DNA of 63,783 bases, counting the filler, from Octopus bimaculoides (taxonomy: Eukaryota): assembly GCF_001194135.2 (NCBI RefSeq). It is 5 parts of 5 records of this genome, joined end to end, with 100 filler letters (N's around TTAATTAATTAA, not from the genome) between each part and the next. Parts side by side here need not be neighbours in the genome. Positions count along the whole stretch, not along the records: positions 41,094 to 51,719 come from NC_068987.1; positions 51,820 to 62,536 come from NC_068982.1; 3 more parts are not named here. One strand, written 5' to 3'. Positions within the stretch are counted from its first letter, which is position 1, and every line of letters begins with the position of its first letter. The notes under the pieces are model-generated. The model saw nothing but the letters and a program-made list of their open reading frames with translations, ran no database searches and was not told where the DNA came from. The position numbers and the translations under genes are program-made. Of this stretch, positions 48,000 to 61,419 are shown piece by piece.

Positions 48000-49670
48000 A
48001 TGTGTGTGTGTGTGTGTGTGAAGATGTATACATGCATATATTAAACATGTATATAGATATTTATACATATCAACACCTACATATACAACACGTGCTCCTA
48101 TGTATATGTACATACGTACACACGCATATACGTATATCTGTATGAATTATCGCCCCTGTATACGCAGGTATATATACCATGCATACATACATATACACAC
48201 ACACATACACATACACACACACACACACGCGTGTATATACGTATGCACGCATATACATACGAATATAATTAAATGGTTGTGAGTATGAAAGAGGAATTAG
48301 ATAGGGATTAGGAGTTAAAATGTAGATTTTTATGGTTATTGGGATTACCTAAGGAGTATTGTGGAAATATACTGTATGGTCATTTAGGCATTTGGATTTG
48401 TGGTAGAATTTGAATGTGTGAAAAAATCGGTGGTTGCATGTGCTTCGTGCCTCATTATATTTATTTAGCAGTGTTGGAGAGTTGTGCTTTGATATGTGAA
48501 GAGCCTCCTCCAGGTAAAGCTTACAGGTTGAGCGTTGACCTAGATAGGGAAGCCCTGAATCTAGTATGGACCATGATAGAATATAGGGTATATTTTTATT
48601 TTTGAGAGGATGTATGTGGTTGGCGAGTGTTGTAGATTTACTATGTTTATCGTATCTAAAAGAATGGAGGTGAGCGGCATATCGTTGCTTAAAGTGTTTG
48701 GGTGATCCTATGTATATGACTATAGAGTTGTGTAATCTCTATTTAATTCCTCTTTCATGCTCACAACCATTTAATTATATTTGTATGTATATGCGTGCCT
48801 ACGTATGTGTATGTGTGTGTGTGGGGGGGTATGTATGTATGCAAGGTATATATACCTGCGTATACAGGGGCGATAAATTCATACAGATATACGTATATGC
48901 GTGTGTACGAGTGTACATATACATAGGAGTACGTGTTGTATATGTAGGTGTTGATATGTATAAATATCTATACACATGTTTAATATATGCATGCATACAC
49001 CTTCACATATATATATTCTTCTATTACTAAGCACTGACCTGTCCTCTAACCAACCTGACTTATATTCCCAAATTCTTCATTCCACCATTTTACTAACCCT
49101 ACCCCCTCTCTCTGCCCCTCACTCATGCTCTATCTCTACATACCGGACACTCCTTTACTCTTTATATTCTCATATCTTTCTCTCTCTATCACGCTCGCCT
49201 CCCCATTTTTTCTATCAATTTATCTTTCCCTCTCTTCATTGCTTTTCTTTTTTCTTTTTTTCTTTTTTTTCTTTTCATTTTCTTTCTTCCTCTCTTACTG
49301 CTCAGATTTGACCTTACAAATACATTCCCAACCTTTAAGTCACTTTAAATAACACCGTGTACAAACTCTATACTTGGAATGACCAATTTTAAATACTATT
49401 GGAACTTACTCACAAGGAACTGGAATCTTATATGTCTATTATTCTGCCTAAATAATGGATCTACAAATGCAATATCCCTACATATCTCACGTTTATTTTC
49501 ATTCCTCCACTCCATTCTCTATTATCTAGAATAACTATTGCATAACCATTTTCTCATACTGTCTCCGATGAAGAGATATATAAAATATCCAGGAAACAGC
49601 TATAAGACCTTCTATTTATAAATGTCCTAAAATCTTTCATAGCCTTGGATTTTTATCTCATTCTGAAAAT
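47181..49670 (-). mobile_element. Penelope-like retroelement 3' part with an inverted pseudo-LTR-like duplication
   Basis: Arms 47181-48310 and 48733-49670 are reverse complements (mirror ORFs in the track); the spacer encodes a GIY-YIG endonuclease C-terminal half on the minus strand. Confidence 0.85.
48349..48738 (-). pseudogene. GIY-YIG endonuclease fragment of a Penelope-like element (129 open codons, no start)
   Basis: Manual translation: RLHNSIVIYIGSPKHFKQRYAAHLHSFRYDKHSKSTTLANHIHPLKNKNIPYILSWSILDSGLPYLGQRSTCKLYLEEALHISKHNSPTLLNKYNEARSTCNHRFFHTF..*. The YIG, FKxRYxxH, WSI, CxLxLxE, LLNK and CxH pattern is typical of PLE endonucleases. Confidence 0.85.
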
Positions 49671-49891
49671 TTCTAAATATAAATATATATAGCTATATAA
49701 GTTAACAAACGAAGGGGTGTGTAGAACATCCAATTCACTGGTACGTTGGTTGAATACCACTTAAATATGGGTATGATGCAAATTACAAATAGTGAATTAA
49801 ATAAAGAGATACAAATGACAATCCAATAATTTATTTATATTATAACATAACATTATATACTATGAATATAATATAATATACATTAAATTAT

Positions 49892-50325
49892 ATTCTTTTC
49901 TACTCTAGGCACAAGGCCCGAAATTTTGAGGGAGGAGTCCGATCGATTATATCGATCCTAGGACGCAACTGATACTTAATTTATCGACCCCGAAAGGATG
50001 AAAAGCAATGTCGCCCTCGGCGGAATTTGAACTCAGAGCGTTAAGACAGACGAAATACCACTAAGCATTTCGCCCGGCGTGCTAACGTTTCTTATTTCTT
50101 TACTGCCCACAAGGGGCTAAACATAGAGGGGACAAACAAGGACAGACAAAGGGATTAAGTCGATTACAACGACCCTAATACGTAACTAGTACTTATTTAA
50201 TCGACCCCGAAAGGATGAAAGGCTAAGTCGACCTTGGCGGGATTTGAACTTGTAACGTAAAGACGGACGAAATACCACTAAGCATTTCGCCCGGCGCACT
50301 AACGTTTCTGCCAGCTCACTGCCTT
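49892..50325 (-). mobile_element. Meta-core SINE dimer (subtype A unit within or next to a subtype B unit)
   Basis: Two cores (atcgaccccgaaaggatgaaa); one head at ~50325; ctaacgtttct repeated at 50082-50092 and 50299-50309. Confidence 0.85.
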
Positions 50326-50502
50326 GATTATATTTTATAGTCATAGTATATTATGTTATACTTATAATAATATAATCAAATCATTCGATTGTCATTTGTA
50401 TCTCTCTATTTAATTTATTGTTGATATTTATATATATATATATATATAAATTCAATAATAAGTGTAGAAATTGATATTAATCAATTAAAACCAGTGGTCT
50501 AA

Positions 50503-50548
<46 letters not shown>

Positions 50549-50765
50549 GCCTTCATGCTGGCAAGAAGGGATAAACATCCCTCTATGATTCATCCACTGA
50601 TGCACCTGAGGAAATAAATCAATGATGATGATCCAATGGATGCCCAAGGATAATACGGACTATACTGTAATAATCCAAAGGATACCGACTCTGATGTTAA
50701 AATCATGTGATTTGTGGAAATGCGTAGCGATGTATTAAATATTTATAAATTCCATTCTAGAATCA

Positions 50766-50770
50766 TTATA

Positions 50771-50826
<56 letters not shown>
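50766..50826. repeat. (ATT)n microsatellite
   Basis: Directly visible. Confidence 0.95.
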
Positions 50827-50964
50827 CTTACATTATATCGGTATAACCATGATACAACCCCGCAAAAACTGACTTACTAGTCCGCATCATCAGACAGTAG
50901 CCAGCATAATGAAATAGGAGCTTTATTTACATACCCCTAACGTTACCATAAAGGAATTTAAAAG

Positions 50965-51025
<61 letters not shown>

Positions 51026-51062
51026 CGCGTGAATGTATATGTATTTGCATATTTATGTACAT

Positions 51063-51305
51063 GTAAAACTGGAACAAAGTCTTCCCGAATCATAGGTTCA
51101 TAAGCAGGTGTTTCGGATTCTGTGGCGTATATGTTCTCTGATGGATGGGACGCCGGTTCGTTGCAGGATGACTCAATGTAGCCAGCTGAGTGAACTGGAG
51201 CAACATGAAATGGAGTGTTTTGCTCAAGAACACAAAACATCGTCCGGTCCCAGATTTGATCCCACAGTCTTATGACCATCAATGCAACATCATAACCACT
51301 AAGCC
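51063..51305 (-). mobile_element. tRNA-derived SINE, third family
   Basis: Reverse complement gtggcttagtggtt..gttcttgagcaaaacact..ttgctccagttcactcagctg..gcaacgaaccggcgtcccatcca (V-domain-like). Confidence 0.65.
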
Positions 51306-51568
51306 ACATACCTCCACCCCCTCCACACACACATTAACATTATACATGCACACACACATATATATATCATCAGTTTTTACTTGTCTCAGTCATTAGACTC
51401 CTTAGAGAATTTTAGCGGAACGAATCGGCAGTACTAAATATTTTCATTTTATCGATAGTTTCTGCTGAACAACTAACTTATGAGGACGTAAACACACCAG
51501 CACCGGTTGTCAAGCTGGTATGTAAATACAGACACAAATGCACACACATGCTCACACACACACATATT

Positions 51569-51607
<39 letters not shown>

Positions 51608-51608
51608 C

Positions 51609-51651
<43 letters not shown>

Positions 51652-51719
51652 CTATATATATATATATATATATGAAAGAAGGTTTGAAAATGCACTTATT
51701 TTTTTAAAATATTTATTTA

Positions 51720-51819
51720 NNNNNNNNNNNNNNNNNNNNNNNNNNNNNNNNNNNNNNNNNNNNTTAATTAATTAANNNNNNNNNNNNNNNNNNNNNNNNN
51801 NNNNNNNNNNNNNNNNNNN
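51720..51819. other. Artificial scaffold spacer
   Basis: 44 N + TTAATTAATTAA (51764-51775) + 44 N. Confidence 0.95.
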
Positions 51820-51851
<32 letters not shown>

Positions 51852-51905
51852 GGACAGACAGACAGACAGACAGATACACATTCTCATTTTTATATATATA
51901 GATAG

Positions 51906-51948
<43 letters not shown>

Positions 51949-51999
51949 TTATACATAAGTTCATACATGCTTATGGCTTTCAAATTTTGGTACAATTTC

Positions 52000-52130
52000 G
52001 AAAGAAGGCCAAAGGCGATTAAATCGACTCCAGTGATCAATTGGTTCTTAATTTATCGAACACGAAAGGATAAAAGGCAAAGTCGACACCGGCTGCATTT
52101 GAACCCAGAATGTAAAGACAGTCGATACGT
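52000..52130 (-). mobile_element. Meta-core SINE fragment
   Basis: aatttatcgaacacgaaaggataaaaggcaaagtcgacacc..atttgaacccagaatg. Confidence 0.7.
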
Positions 52131-53238
52131 ATCAATATATAAATATACACACACGACGGGCTTCTGTACAGCTCCTTTCATCCGAATTCCACTCACAATA
52201 CACTGGTCCTGCTCTAACCTTTTTGCGTGACGCTTATAGTGGGCTGAAGAATCATCACTAGCCAATGTCCAGCAATAGTCTACAAGCATTGTTGTGCTCC
52301 AACAGAAGCCTATAGCAGAAGTCACATATGAAGGTATAAAACAATAGGATCGAACATGGAAGTGTAAGGTTTCTAAGTGACACCTATTATTCTTTAACAA
52401 CCTAGTATGGCGATAAAAGATAAATATCCTAGGCAGGATATGAAATCAGATATCAAAGGGTCGTAACTAAATTGTTACTAAAGGCATATTGCCTGACACG
52501 TATAATGATAGGTCAAGAGACATGTTGGAAATTACTATAAATTAAACATTAATAAACATTAATGGGATTGAGTTTCGTGAGAATAACACAACTTCTAAAA
52601 CAATTGCTAAAAGTAAGAGTCGGTACAACCATTGTGTCCTGAGAGATAATTACTATTAATATAAACTAATGTAAATATATGTCACTTCACTGCGTCGGCT
52701 CAGTCATATCAGTCAATGAAAATCATTGTGGTGCGGCGACTATTTGTTGGAAAGTAGATACTGTACAGCACAAATGCAAACACTTATAAAACACAGGACG
52801 AAGTTTATTCAAGTGCGTATAGGCGTATACGTATACATGCATACATACATGCATATATATATATATANNNNNNNNNNNNNNNNNNNNNNNNNNNNNNNNN
52901 NNNNNNNNNNNNNNNNNNNNNNNATATATACATACATACATGTCTCTATGCATGCATATGTGTGTATAGAGACAGGGAAAGGGGAAGATAAAGAGAGTAA
53001 AGGTGAAACAAAGAGATGGAGAAAATAATAAGAAAGATTGATTAGATATATTAATAAGCTAATAAGCAAAACCATTCTCTCTTTTTATCCCTTCTCTCTC
53101 CATGTGTGTGTGTGTATGTATGTGTGTGTGTTTGTTAGTTTGTCTGTCGGTCTATCTGCCTGTCGGTCTGTCTGCCTGTCGGTCTGTCTGTCTGTCTGTA
53201 TGTATGTATGCATGTTTGTATGTATGTATGTATGTATA

Positions 53239-54190
53239 CGAGGGTGGGCTGAAAAGTTCCTGGCTTTAAGGGTATCGCGAAAGGGTGGAGCTGTTACTTT
53301 TATAAGGGAGGTTGCATATAGAAGATATGCAAAAATTCATGATGGTACTACAATATATCTTTGTCTTTTTTGCAGATTTAATGCATGATGGCAGTTCCTA
53401 CAGGGGATTTTGGTAAAATTGAAGCACGGGCGGTCACGAAGTTCCTCTTTTTGTAAGGCAAAAGAGCAGCAGAAATCCATGGCGAGACGAAGGAAGTCTT
53501 GAAGGATGATGGCCCATCTTACTTCACAGTGAAAATCTGGGTGCCAAGGTTTCGGACTGGTCATTTCGAGGTCACAAATGAATCTCGGTCAGGACAGCCA
53601 ACTTCCACAACCACAGAGGACAAAGCCGACGCTGTGTACGTCATGATTTTCGATGACCACCGACATATAGCTTAGACCCTGCGGATTTCCGAAATGTCTG
53701 AATGCAGATCAGAAGCGCATCAGAGTGACAACATCAAACGCAATTTTGGACCGGTTTGCTGGGGGGAGAGGTTAACTTTATGGCTCGTTTAGTCACCATG
53801 GATGAAACTTGGCTTCATCATTGTGATCCCCAGACCAAGCAGCAAACAATGGAGTGTTGCTACAGTGGTTCACCGCGTCCGAAGAAGTTTCAGACCCAGG
53901 AGTCAGATGGAAATATTCTAGCTTTAGTGTTCTAAGACAAAGACGGAGTACTCCTGATAAAATACCAAAGGGTCGCACCTTCAACGCAGAATATTACATG
54001 TCTCTGTTGGAGAAATACTGTGGAAAGCTGGGCCATGATGTCTTGTTTTTGCAGGACAATGCACCAGCACTTACAGCACATGAAACTCTACGGAAAATAT
54101 GCAGCTTTGACTTCGAATTGCTAAACCATCCACCTTACTCTCCTAACTTAGCCCCCTCCGATAATCATCTCTTTCCACAATTGAAGAAAC
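53239..54190 (+). mobile_element. Mariner (DD34D-type) transposon remnant with left TIR and decayed transposase
   Basis: TA + cgagggtgggctgaaaagttcc. ATG at ~53388 (MAVPTGDFGKIEARAVTKFL..AAEIHG..WVPRFRTG..SRSGQP), VTMDETW (53792-53812), LQDNAPA, HPPYSPNLAPSDNHLFPQLKK; stops and frameshifts; no right TIR seen. Confidence 0.9.
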
Positions 54191-54427
54191 AACCCAGAGA
54201 GGAAATGCATTCAGTGTAAACCTAAAAAGAGGTTCAAAAGAGGCCCCTTTATTAGACTATTTTCATTGTATGGTGATCGTCATAAGCTTTAAACTTATAT
54301 AAATGCTATTAATACTGATAATAATAATAANNNNNNNNNNNNNNNNNNNNNNNNNNNNNNNNNNNNNNNNNNNNNNNNNNNNNNNNNNNNNNNNNNNNNN
54401 NNNNNNNNNNNNNNNNNNNNNNNNNNN

Positions 54428-54429
<2 letters not shown>

Positions 54430-54458
<29 letters not shown>

Positions 54459-56133
54459 CATACATATGTGGAAAATCGGTGTGGGTTTGCTTGTGGCCTT
54501 GTTAGCTAACTCCTGCTACATTGTTTTATTGATTTTGATGAAACTTGACACGTGAGTAGAACTCATGTCTGGAAACCCAGTGACATACTTAGAGTTTTGA
54601 AAAAATTGATAATACGAACCCTGGAAGGGACCTTTATATCAATTTATATAACTAATTTTTTAAACACCCAAGGGAAATAACCCATACCACCTGCAGTTTT
54701 TAGCGGATCTATCAATATTTTTTTTTATTCTCACCATCAGTAGACCTATTTCTGTATTTCACCACTCACAGTTTTGAACCGCTAAACCTTATTATTACAC
54801 TTCCTTAATTTGAATCTTAAACCTTAAAGACTTCATTCATACATTTCTATACATACATAGTTTTTTGAATGATCAATACTCCAATAATTCTGCATTTTTA
54901 CAGTTATATTTCACGATAAAACAATAGTTTTTCTGTGAATGACAGCAGTTATACATTTCCCAGATGCCTTCGCTAAGCAGAATAATGTTTTTGCCACTTG
55001 CCCCTTCTAACCTCTTCTAGGCCACCAGGGGCTTCAATGGAGATAACAGACCTCCAACGAAATAATTTGATCTCAACAATATTTCTATCCTTCTGGCTGC
55101 TTTTCAATAGTTATAAAAGCAAGAACTCCGTAAGCTAAAGGCAGTTACTGAGAGTGACCATCAGTGAGTGTGAACGTTATTATTTCACTTTCTTCAAACA
55201 CTTCATTCATATATTTATATACACATATACTACATTTATATATTACCTTTAATAAATTAGCCTTCATAAAGTTCACCTTTAGAATGCCACGACGAGTCAG
55301 AGTACGACTGGGTGTTTCTACTTCACAAGCTGCTCTAATACGACAAATGCGATCTCAAGTAAGTCTCTGATTCATTATGTTTCGTATTTACAAAATCAAA
55401 TAATTATTATTAGTCTATTCTAATTCAATATCTAAACAGTTATACACATATCGCTGTAATTAATTTACACATTGCATTAATAGACACTTTTTCAAGATCT
55501 CCAAATAACTAAATTCTTCCAATGCATGCAGGGTTTTCAGTTAGACTTCATTACACTTTGAATGCCCATCACTCCGATAATTCTCAAGTTCAAATTTTTC
55601 GAAAATGTTTGAGGCACACATCAATGTCGAATCATGTAATTCTGTAAAGTGCATAAAATACATCTGCAAATACATCAACAAGGGGTCCGATATGGCAGTT
55701 TTGGGAGTCAATGCGCATGAACAGCAAACGGATAAAATAAGACGTTATCTACTGGGGAGATACATATCATGAAACGAGGCGATTTGGTGTATATTTGGCT
55801 TCCAACTTCACAGACGATATCCAACGGTTGTGAGTCTAGCTGTTCATCTTGAAAGCGGAGAGCGTGACTATTTCACGGAAGATAATGCTCAACAGCAATT
55901 TCAACAACCACCAAGACTGAAATTTTGGAACAAAGACACCTCTCCTTCCGACAACTTCTCTTACCAACCTCCGACAATCTCTCCCTCTTCCAGCTGACAG
56001 TTTTTTGTACTTTTTCGTAACGGAAAATACACCTTTTGTGGCAGTTATAACGAAATTGCTTTCTTATATTAGAGTAATAAGGCGTTTCAATAGAACATCT
56101 TTATCCCCGGGAATTACCGGATACTCCATCTAG
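54430..56133 (+). mobile_element. Internally deleted Helitron with Rep-domain remnant
   Basis: 55614-55916: AHINVESCNSVKCIKYICKYINKGSD..DKIRRYLLGRYIS*NEAIWCIFGFQLHRRYPTVVSLAVHLESGERDYFTEDNA (HINVE and catalytic YxxKY). 3' end ccgg-gaatta-ccgg hairpin + CTAG (56130-56133) + T. The 5' boundary is approximate (next to an N gap). Confidence 0.88.
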
Positions 56134-56138
56134 TATAT

Positions 56139-56172
<34 letters not shown>

Positions 56173-56469
56173 NNNNNNNNNNNNNNNNNNNNNNNNNNNN
56201 NNNNNNNNNNNNNNNNNNNNNNNNNNNNNNNNNNNNNNNNNNNNNNNNNNNNNNNNNNNNNNNNNNNNNNNNNNNNNATATATATGTGCGTGTGGGGGGG
56301 GGGTTGTATTATGTGTGTGTATGCATCTTTCTATTAGTCCCCACGTCGCTTGACAACTGGGATTGGTTTGTTTAACTTAAACTCTTGCGTGTAGTGCCTC
56401 AAGCATGGCTGCAGTCCATCCACTGAAATAAGTAAAAGTAATAATATTTTCTTTATTGGCCACAAGGGC

Positions 56470-58330
56470 CACAAAAGTAAAGGAAATAATAAAAATAAAA
56501 ATGCATATAACAAAATATCGCAAGGTATTAACTCCGTCGCCTTGTTTACTTCAATCCGCCGTACTTTCAGAAGTAAATGTTAAGAGGTCAACTGAAAAGG
56601 AAAATATAATATTTCACGGTTTTATAATCTATAACAGCTTTACCCATTCATCCACCGATTGATCTGCTGCATTACTTAAGTATCTTGTATTTTCATAGCC
56701 AACAGAAGCTCACTCTCTCTCAGCCTTCCGCATTACTCGAATTTCATGTAATAACATAATCCACAATTCCTCATTGATTTGCTGACTTATTCAAATATCT
56801 TATGACTACATTGAGCTCACCACTGACATATAGTACTGCTCAAATATCTACTGGCCACGCAGTTTATTCTATCTGCTCGCTTGCCAAATATTAATAGTTC
56901 TTCAGTTTATTGTATTTGAACTTAGTGAATAACATAATTTTTTCCACTGATAATCTTTCCTCTATTTTATCTTGAGATTAAATGATAGTCTTAGGCAAAA
57001 TAAGTTCTGTTAATCGCAAGTTTAAATAGTTAATTGGTAAATTATTATTTCGCTTATCATTTAGTTTTTTTATAATTTTCTTTTTGCATTTCATCAGGGA
57101 TGAGAGATTATGAAAAGTATTTACTCACTTGGACTTTTGTTAATATAATTCAAGCTAAGAAATTTGTTTCAAAAATTCTACAGATCATTGCCTAATTCTT
57201 ATTCAATACTTTTGTAATAATAATTATATTTTTCAAAATGATTTTGATTAAATTTTTATGAAAATATCATAGACATTTCTGAGGCAAAGAATTTTCTCAA
57301 GGGAGTTTTCGAGTAATTGCCAATGCTTTGTCATATTCAGTTCTTATAAAAAGGCAGGAAGAAATGTAATGATGTCTTTGACTCAGAACCATGAAAGATT
57401 CATTACTGTCTGAGTTTATTAGTAACACTTGCGAGATTAAAAGGCTTTCGTATACTGACACCACGAGTATTTAACATCATTATGTCCCTCGTAACATTTC
57501 ATTTCCTCGTGTCATTGTTAATTATGTTAGGGTAGAAAATTAAATTGCTAAGCCAGTTTCCTATTCGTTTGTTCTTTACTCTTGTCATTGGAGTAAATCA
57601 TAATTAGATACTTTAGGGTAATAAAATAAATTGCCAAAGCGGTTTCTTCTTTTCCATGCCAGAGACATGTTTGAGTGCAAAACTTAAATTTGTAAATTTC
57701 CCGAAGTAATTTTCATTCTTAAGAATAAATTAATAAAACTTTTCTTAACTATAACCGTTTTCTTCCAGTATGAGATTACATTATTGCAAACAGTAAAAAA
57801 AAAAGTGTTTGTTTAGTTTATTATTGCAGCTTTTTTTAATATCTCACGGAAAATTAATCTAAAAGTCCGATACAAAATTAGTTTCATACGAAACTTTTAC
57901 AACCAACTGAAAAAGCAGTATATTGCTAGATTTCCATTCGCTTTTAAACATGACAGCTTTACCTTCGCGAACAAAGTTCCGATATGGCAAAACTGTTAAT
58001 ATAAAAATAATAAATGAAAAAACTCTCCGATATCCATTACCTTAAATATGAATACTCTCTTCCCACATAAATATTGCCGTTTGTTGTTAGACTTGTTTAG
58101 TTTGACAGTAATACTTCGCAACTCCTTGGTATTCATTGAAGAACAAAAGAACGTGAGGATATAGATAATAAAAATATCAATGTTCTTGTCACCAGTTCGC
58201 CTTACTGTTGAGGGATTGCTCTGTGCATTACGGGTAACAATGGTGGATGTGAATATGTTACCTTCGCCATAAATACGCCGACAAATAGAACAAAACCAAG
58301 GAAAAGGGTATTCTTATCGAATTCTATTTT
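56470..58330 (-). mobile_element. Possible very old L1/Tx1-like LINE remnant
   Basis: Scattered minus-strand fragments (YQWKKLC..SNTIN..IFEQYYMS; ELNMTKHW) loosely resemble L1/Tx1 ORF2 C-terminal regions; many stops. Confidence 0.3.
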
Positions 58331-58481
58331 TAATGACCAAAGATAAAAACTTTTTTTTTTTTTTTTTTTTCCATTTCTTACCCAATAGCATTTTATAGAC
58401 CGAAATACACTTAACTCAGGCAAACAAAGAAAAAACGCAAACATACATTTATATACATACAGACACAGANNNNNNNNNNNN

Positions 58482-58519
<38 letters not shown>

Positions 58520-59917
58520 CATATATATACGTAGAAGAGAACATATATATATTTATATACATATATATATACATATATTAGCAAATATTTCTACATATAT
58601 ACATACATGTACATATAAGTGCATGTGAGAGAGAGAGACGTGGGGAGAGGGAGAAGATACTTATCAGCTGAATGTCTTTACATTTAAAGTTTTACTCTTT
58701 TTCTCTTATTTACTGCAATGCAGTTTTAATCTAAAAATGATTCTCTAAATAGGTTTCTTATCGATCTTCGTCTTCAGTTATCAACAGTTTTCTGGTTGTC
58801 TCAGAGATTTTTGTGTCACGAAATTGGTCAAGAGTCTTTGAAATGAACGAACAAAGCCTTCCTTTATATATCTTTTGTTAATGCCATAATTTTGTTGCTT
58901 AAATATCTATTAAATGATAAATAATATTTCAGGAATACACGCCTCGCAGATGACGAAGTCTTTAGAGTGTTGGCCTATCATATAAAGAGTTGAAGCGTCT
59001 TACCTAACTGCTGCTGTTCCACTGTGTTCCTGATAAAGGCACTTAGCATTTACTGACCTAGTCTATCAATTTGGAGATGATTGAATAAATAAATGAATAT
59101 TCCCAGTCTCATACATGAGGGTAGGGGACATGTACATACATGCATGCACACATACATACATACATACATACATACATACATACATACATACATACAAGAG
59201 AAGTAGTATTAGATGAAAATAGTTATCTGTGTATCATACTGAATGCAGCTACATCGCAAAAAGGGAAATTAACTGCCGTATTCGTCCGGATATAATATCT
59301 CTGATGGACATATCGTGTTCAAAGACACAAAAGTATATCAGCAGCAGATGAAAATCGACCAGCAGCAATGGTAAGAAAGCTAGGTGCGCATTTCTGCCTT
59401 TTTGGTCTTTATCAGTAGCATGTACTCGCTGTTAAAGACAAAAACCATCATTATTGATACAGGAAAACAGTGATTGAAAAATCTCTGGTATTGCCATTCA
59501 CGCAGCCCAGTTGAATAAACATGCGTTATATGCAACAGAAGCAGTAATAGTTTAAAATGGCCTTTTTGCAGTTTATCTACAATACAGTATTTTAATGTAA
59601 TGCTATTTCTGTTGCATATAACGTATTTTTATACAACAGACGGCTAGTCGCAACACCAGTGATTTTTCAGTCGCTGCTTTCCTATATCAGTAGTGATAGA
59701 TTTTGTCTTACATGTCTTACACAAGTATTCTCAAGCACAGGGCGAAAAATATTTTAATATAAAAACATAATTATTCTAATTCATTTTACTTTATTTAATT
59801 TATTTCATTTTATTATATTTAATTTCCTCGGAAAATTCGAAAACTTTCTACACCTGTATATTAATAAACCAAGGAACGATTCCATCATTTCTTCTAACCT
59901 CTAGCCTAATCGTTATT

Positions 59918-60056
<139 letters not shown>

Positions 60057-60852
60057 GCTCTCTTCGCGATGAATTGTGTCGGTAGGTCCCGAATTCTCTT
60101 TTGATCCGATATTAACTGGCGAAGTTCACTCCCTTGGCTTCGCCACGTTAATTTAATCCGACTTTTTGACAGATGTCATTGTTGTGCCGGATTCCTAGCA
60201 ACCCACTTCACTAGGAAAACCCATCAGGGGAGACAATTAGGTACCCGACAAACTGATCTGACCGTGCAAGACAGTTTGTACATGAATACATGCTACCAGT
60301 ACCATCCGTGAGCGACTTAACAAATCTCTGCATCTATAGCCAAATTGGGAAGTATCACTTTAACCAAGAAGGGAAAGAACCCATAACTGCCGATATTTTT
60401 CTCTCTTTAATGTATAAAACTGAGCTAATGGGGTACTTTCTGTTACTGCTAGCATGCGGAGTGTCACTCGACCTACAAGAAACAGCAGCAAAATAGCTAG
60501 CAAATCAGAGCTACCTCATGAAAAAAGAATACTAGTGAGTGACAGAAATATTTTGATATTTTTTTTTTTTTAATTACAGTGGAGTCTAGGCTTCGCTAAA
60601 GAAGTCTAAAGCAACAAAAGTATGTCCAGAGTTGTCTCCCGTTCATACCGGACGAATTAAAATAATGTTAATCATTGTGTGACATTGTCTTTCCGCATTC
60701 CATAATTATTTCTAGTTGTATCTGGGGACAGTCATTAGGCCATTATTAGTAACACACGCGTCGGTTCAATTCCACTTCTTTGTTATCAGTCAACTGGTTA
60801 AGCATCTACCCAACTAACTAATCGATCGTTTGTTTGTTTTTTTTTCTTTTCT

Positions 60853-61075
60853 TTTTTTGTTTCAGTCATTAGACAATGGCTAGAATAAGCCTGGTACTTA
60901 TTCTATCGGCCTTATATGCCGAACCGCTAAGTTACGAGGACGTAAGCATGTCAACATCAGTTATCAACAATCGTAGGGGACACAGACACAGGGACACACA
61001 CACATGCTCACATACACACACATACACACACACACACCGATAAATATATATATGTGTGTGTGTGTGTATATGTAT

Positions 61076-61110
<35 letters not shown>

Positions 61111-61331
61111 NNNNNNNNNNNNNNNNNNNNNNNNNNNNNNNNNNNNNNNNNNNNNNNNNNNNNNNNNNNNNNNNNNNNNNNNNNNNNNNNNNNNNNNNNN
61201 NNNNNNNNNNNNNNNNNNNNNNNNNNNNNNNNNNNNNNNNNNNNNNNNNNNNNNNNNNNNNNNNNNNNNNNNNNNNNNNNNNNNNNNNNNNNNNNNNNNN
61301 NNNNNNNNNNNNNNNNNNNNNNNNNNNNNNN

Positions 61332-61419
<88 letters not shown>

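Noticed and set aside
50690-50735. Another hammerhead-like motif (ctctgatg..gaaatgcgtag)
   Set aside because: The core is incomplete (CTGATGT), stem I is absent, and there is no second copy in the window.
60060-60290. Structured ncRNA (hairpins ggcgaag/cttcgcc and cctag/ctagg)
   Set aside because: Only short stems, no recognisable family motif; probably an unclassified repeat fragment.
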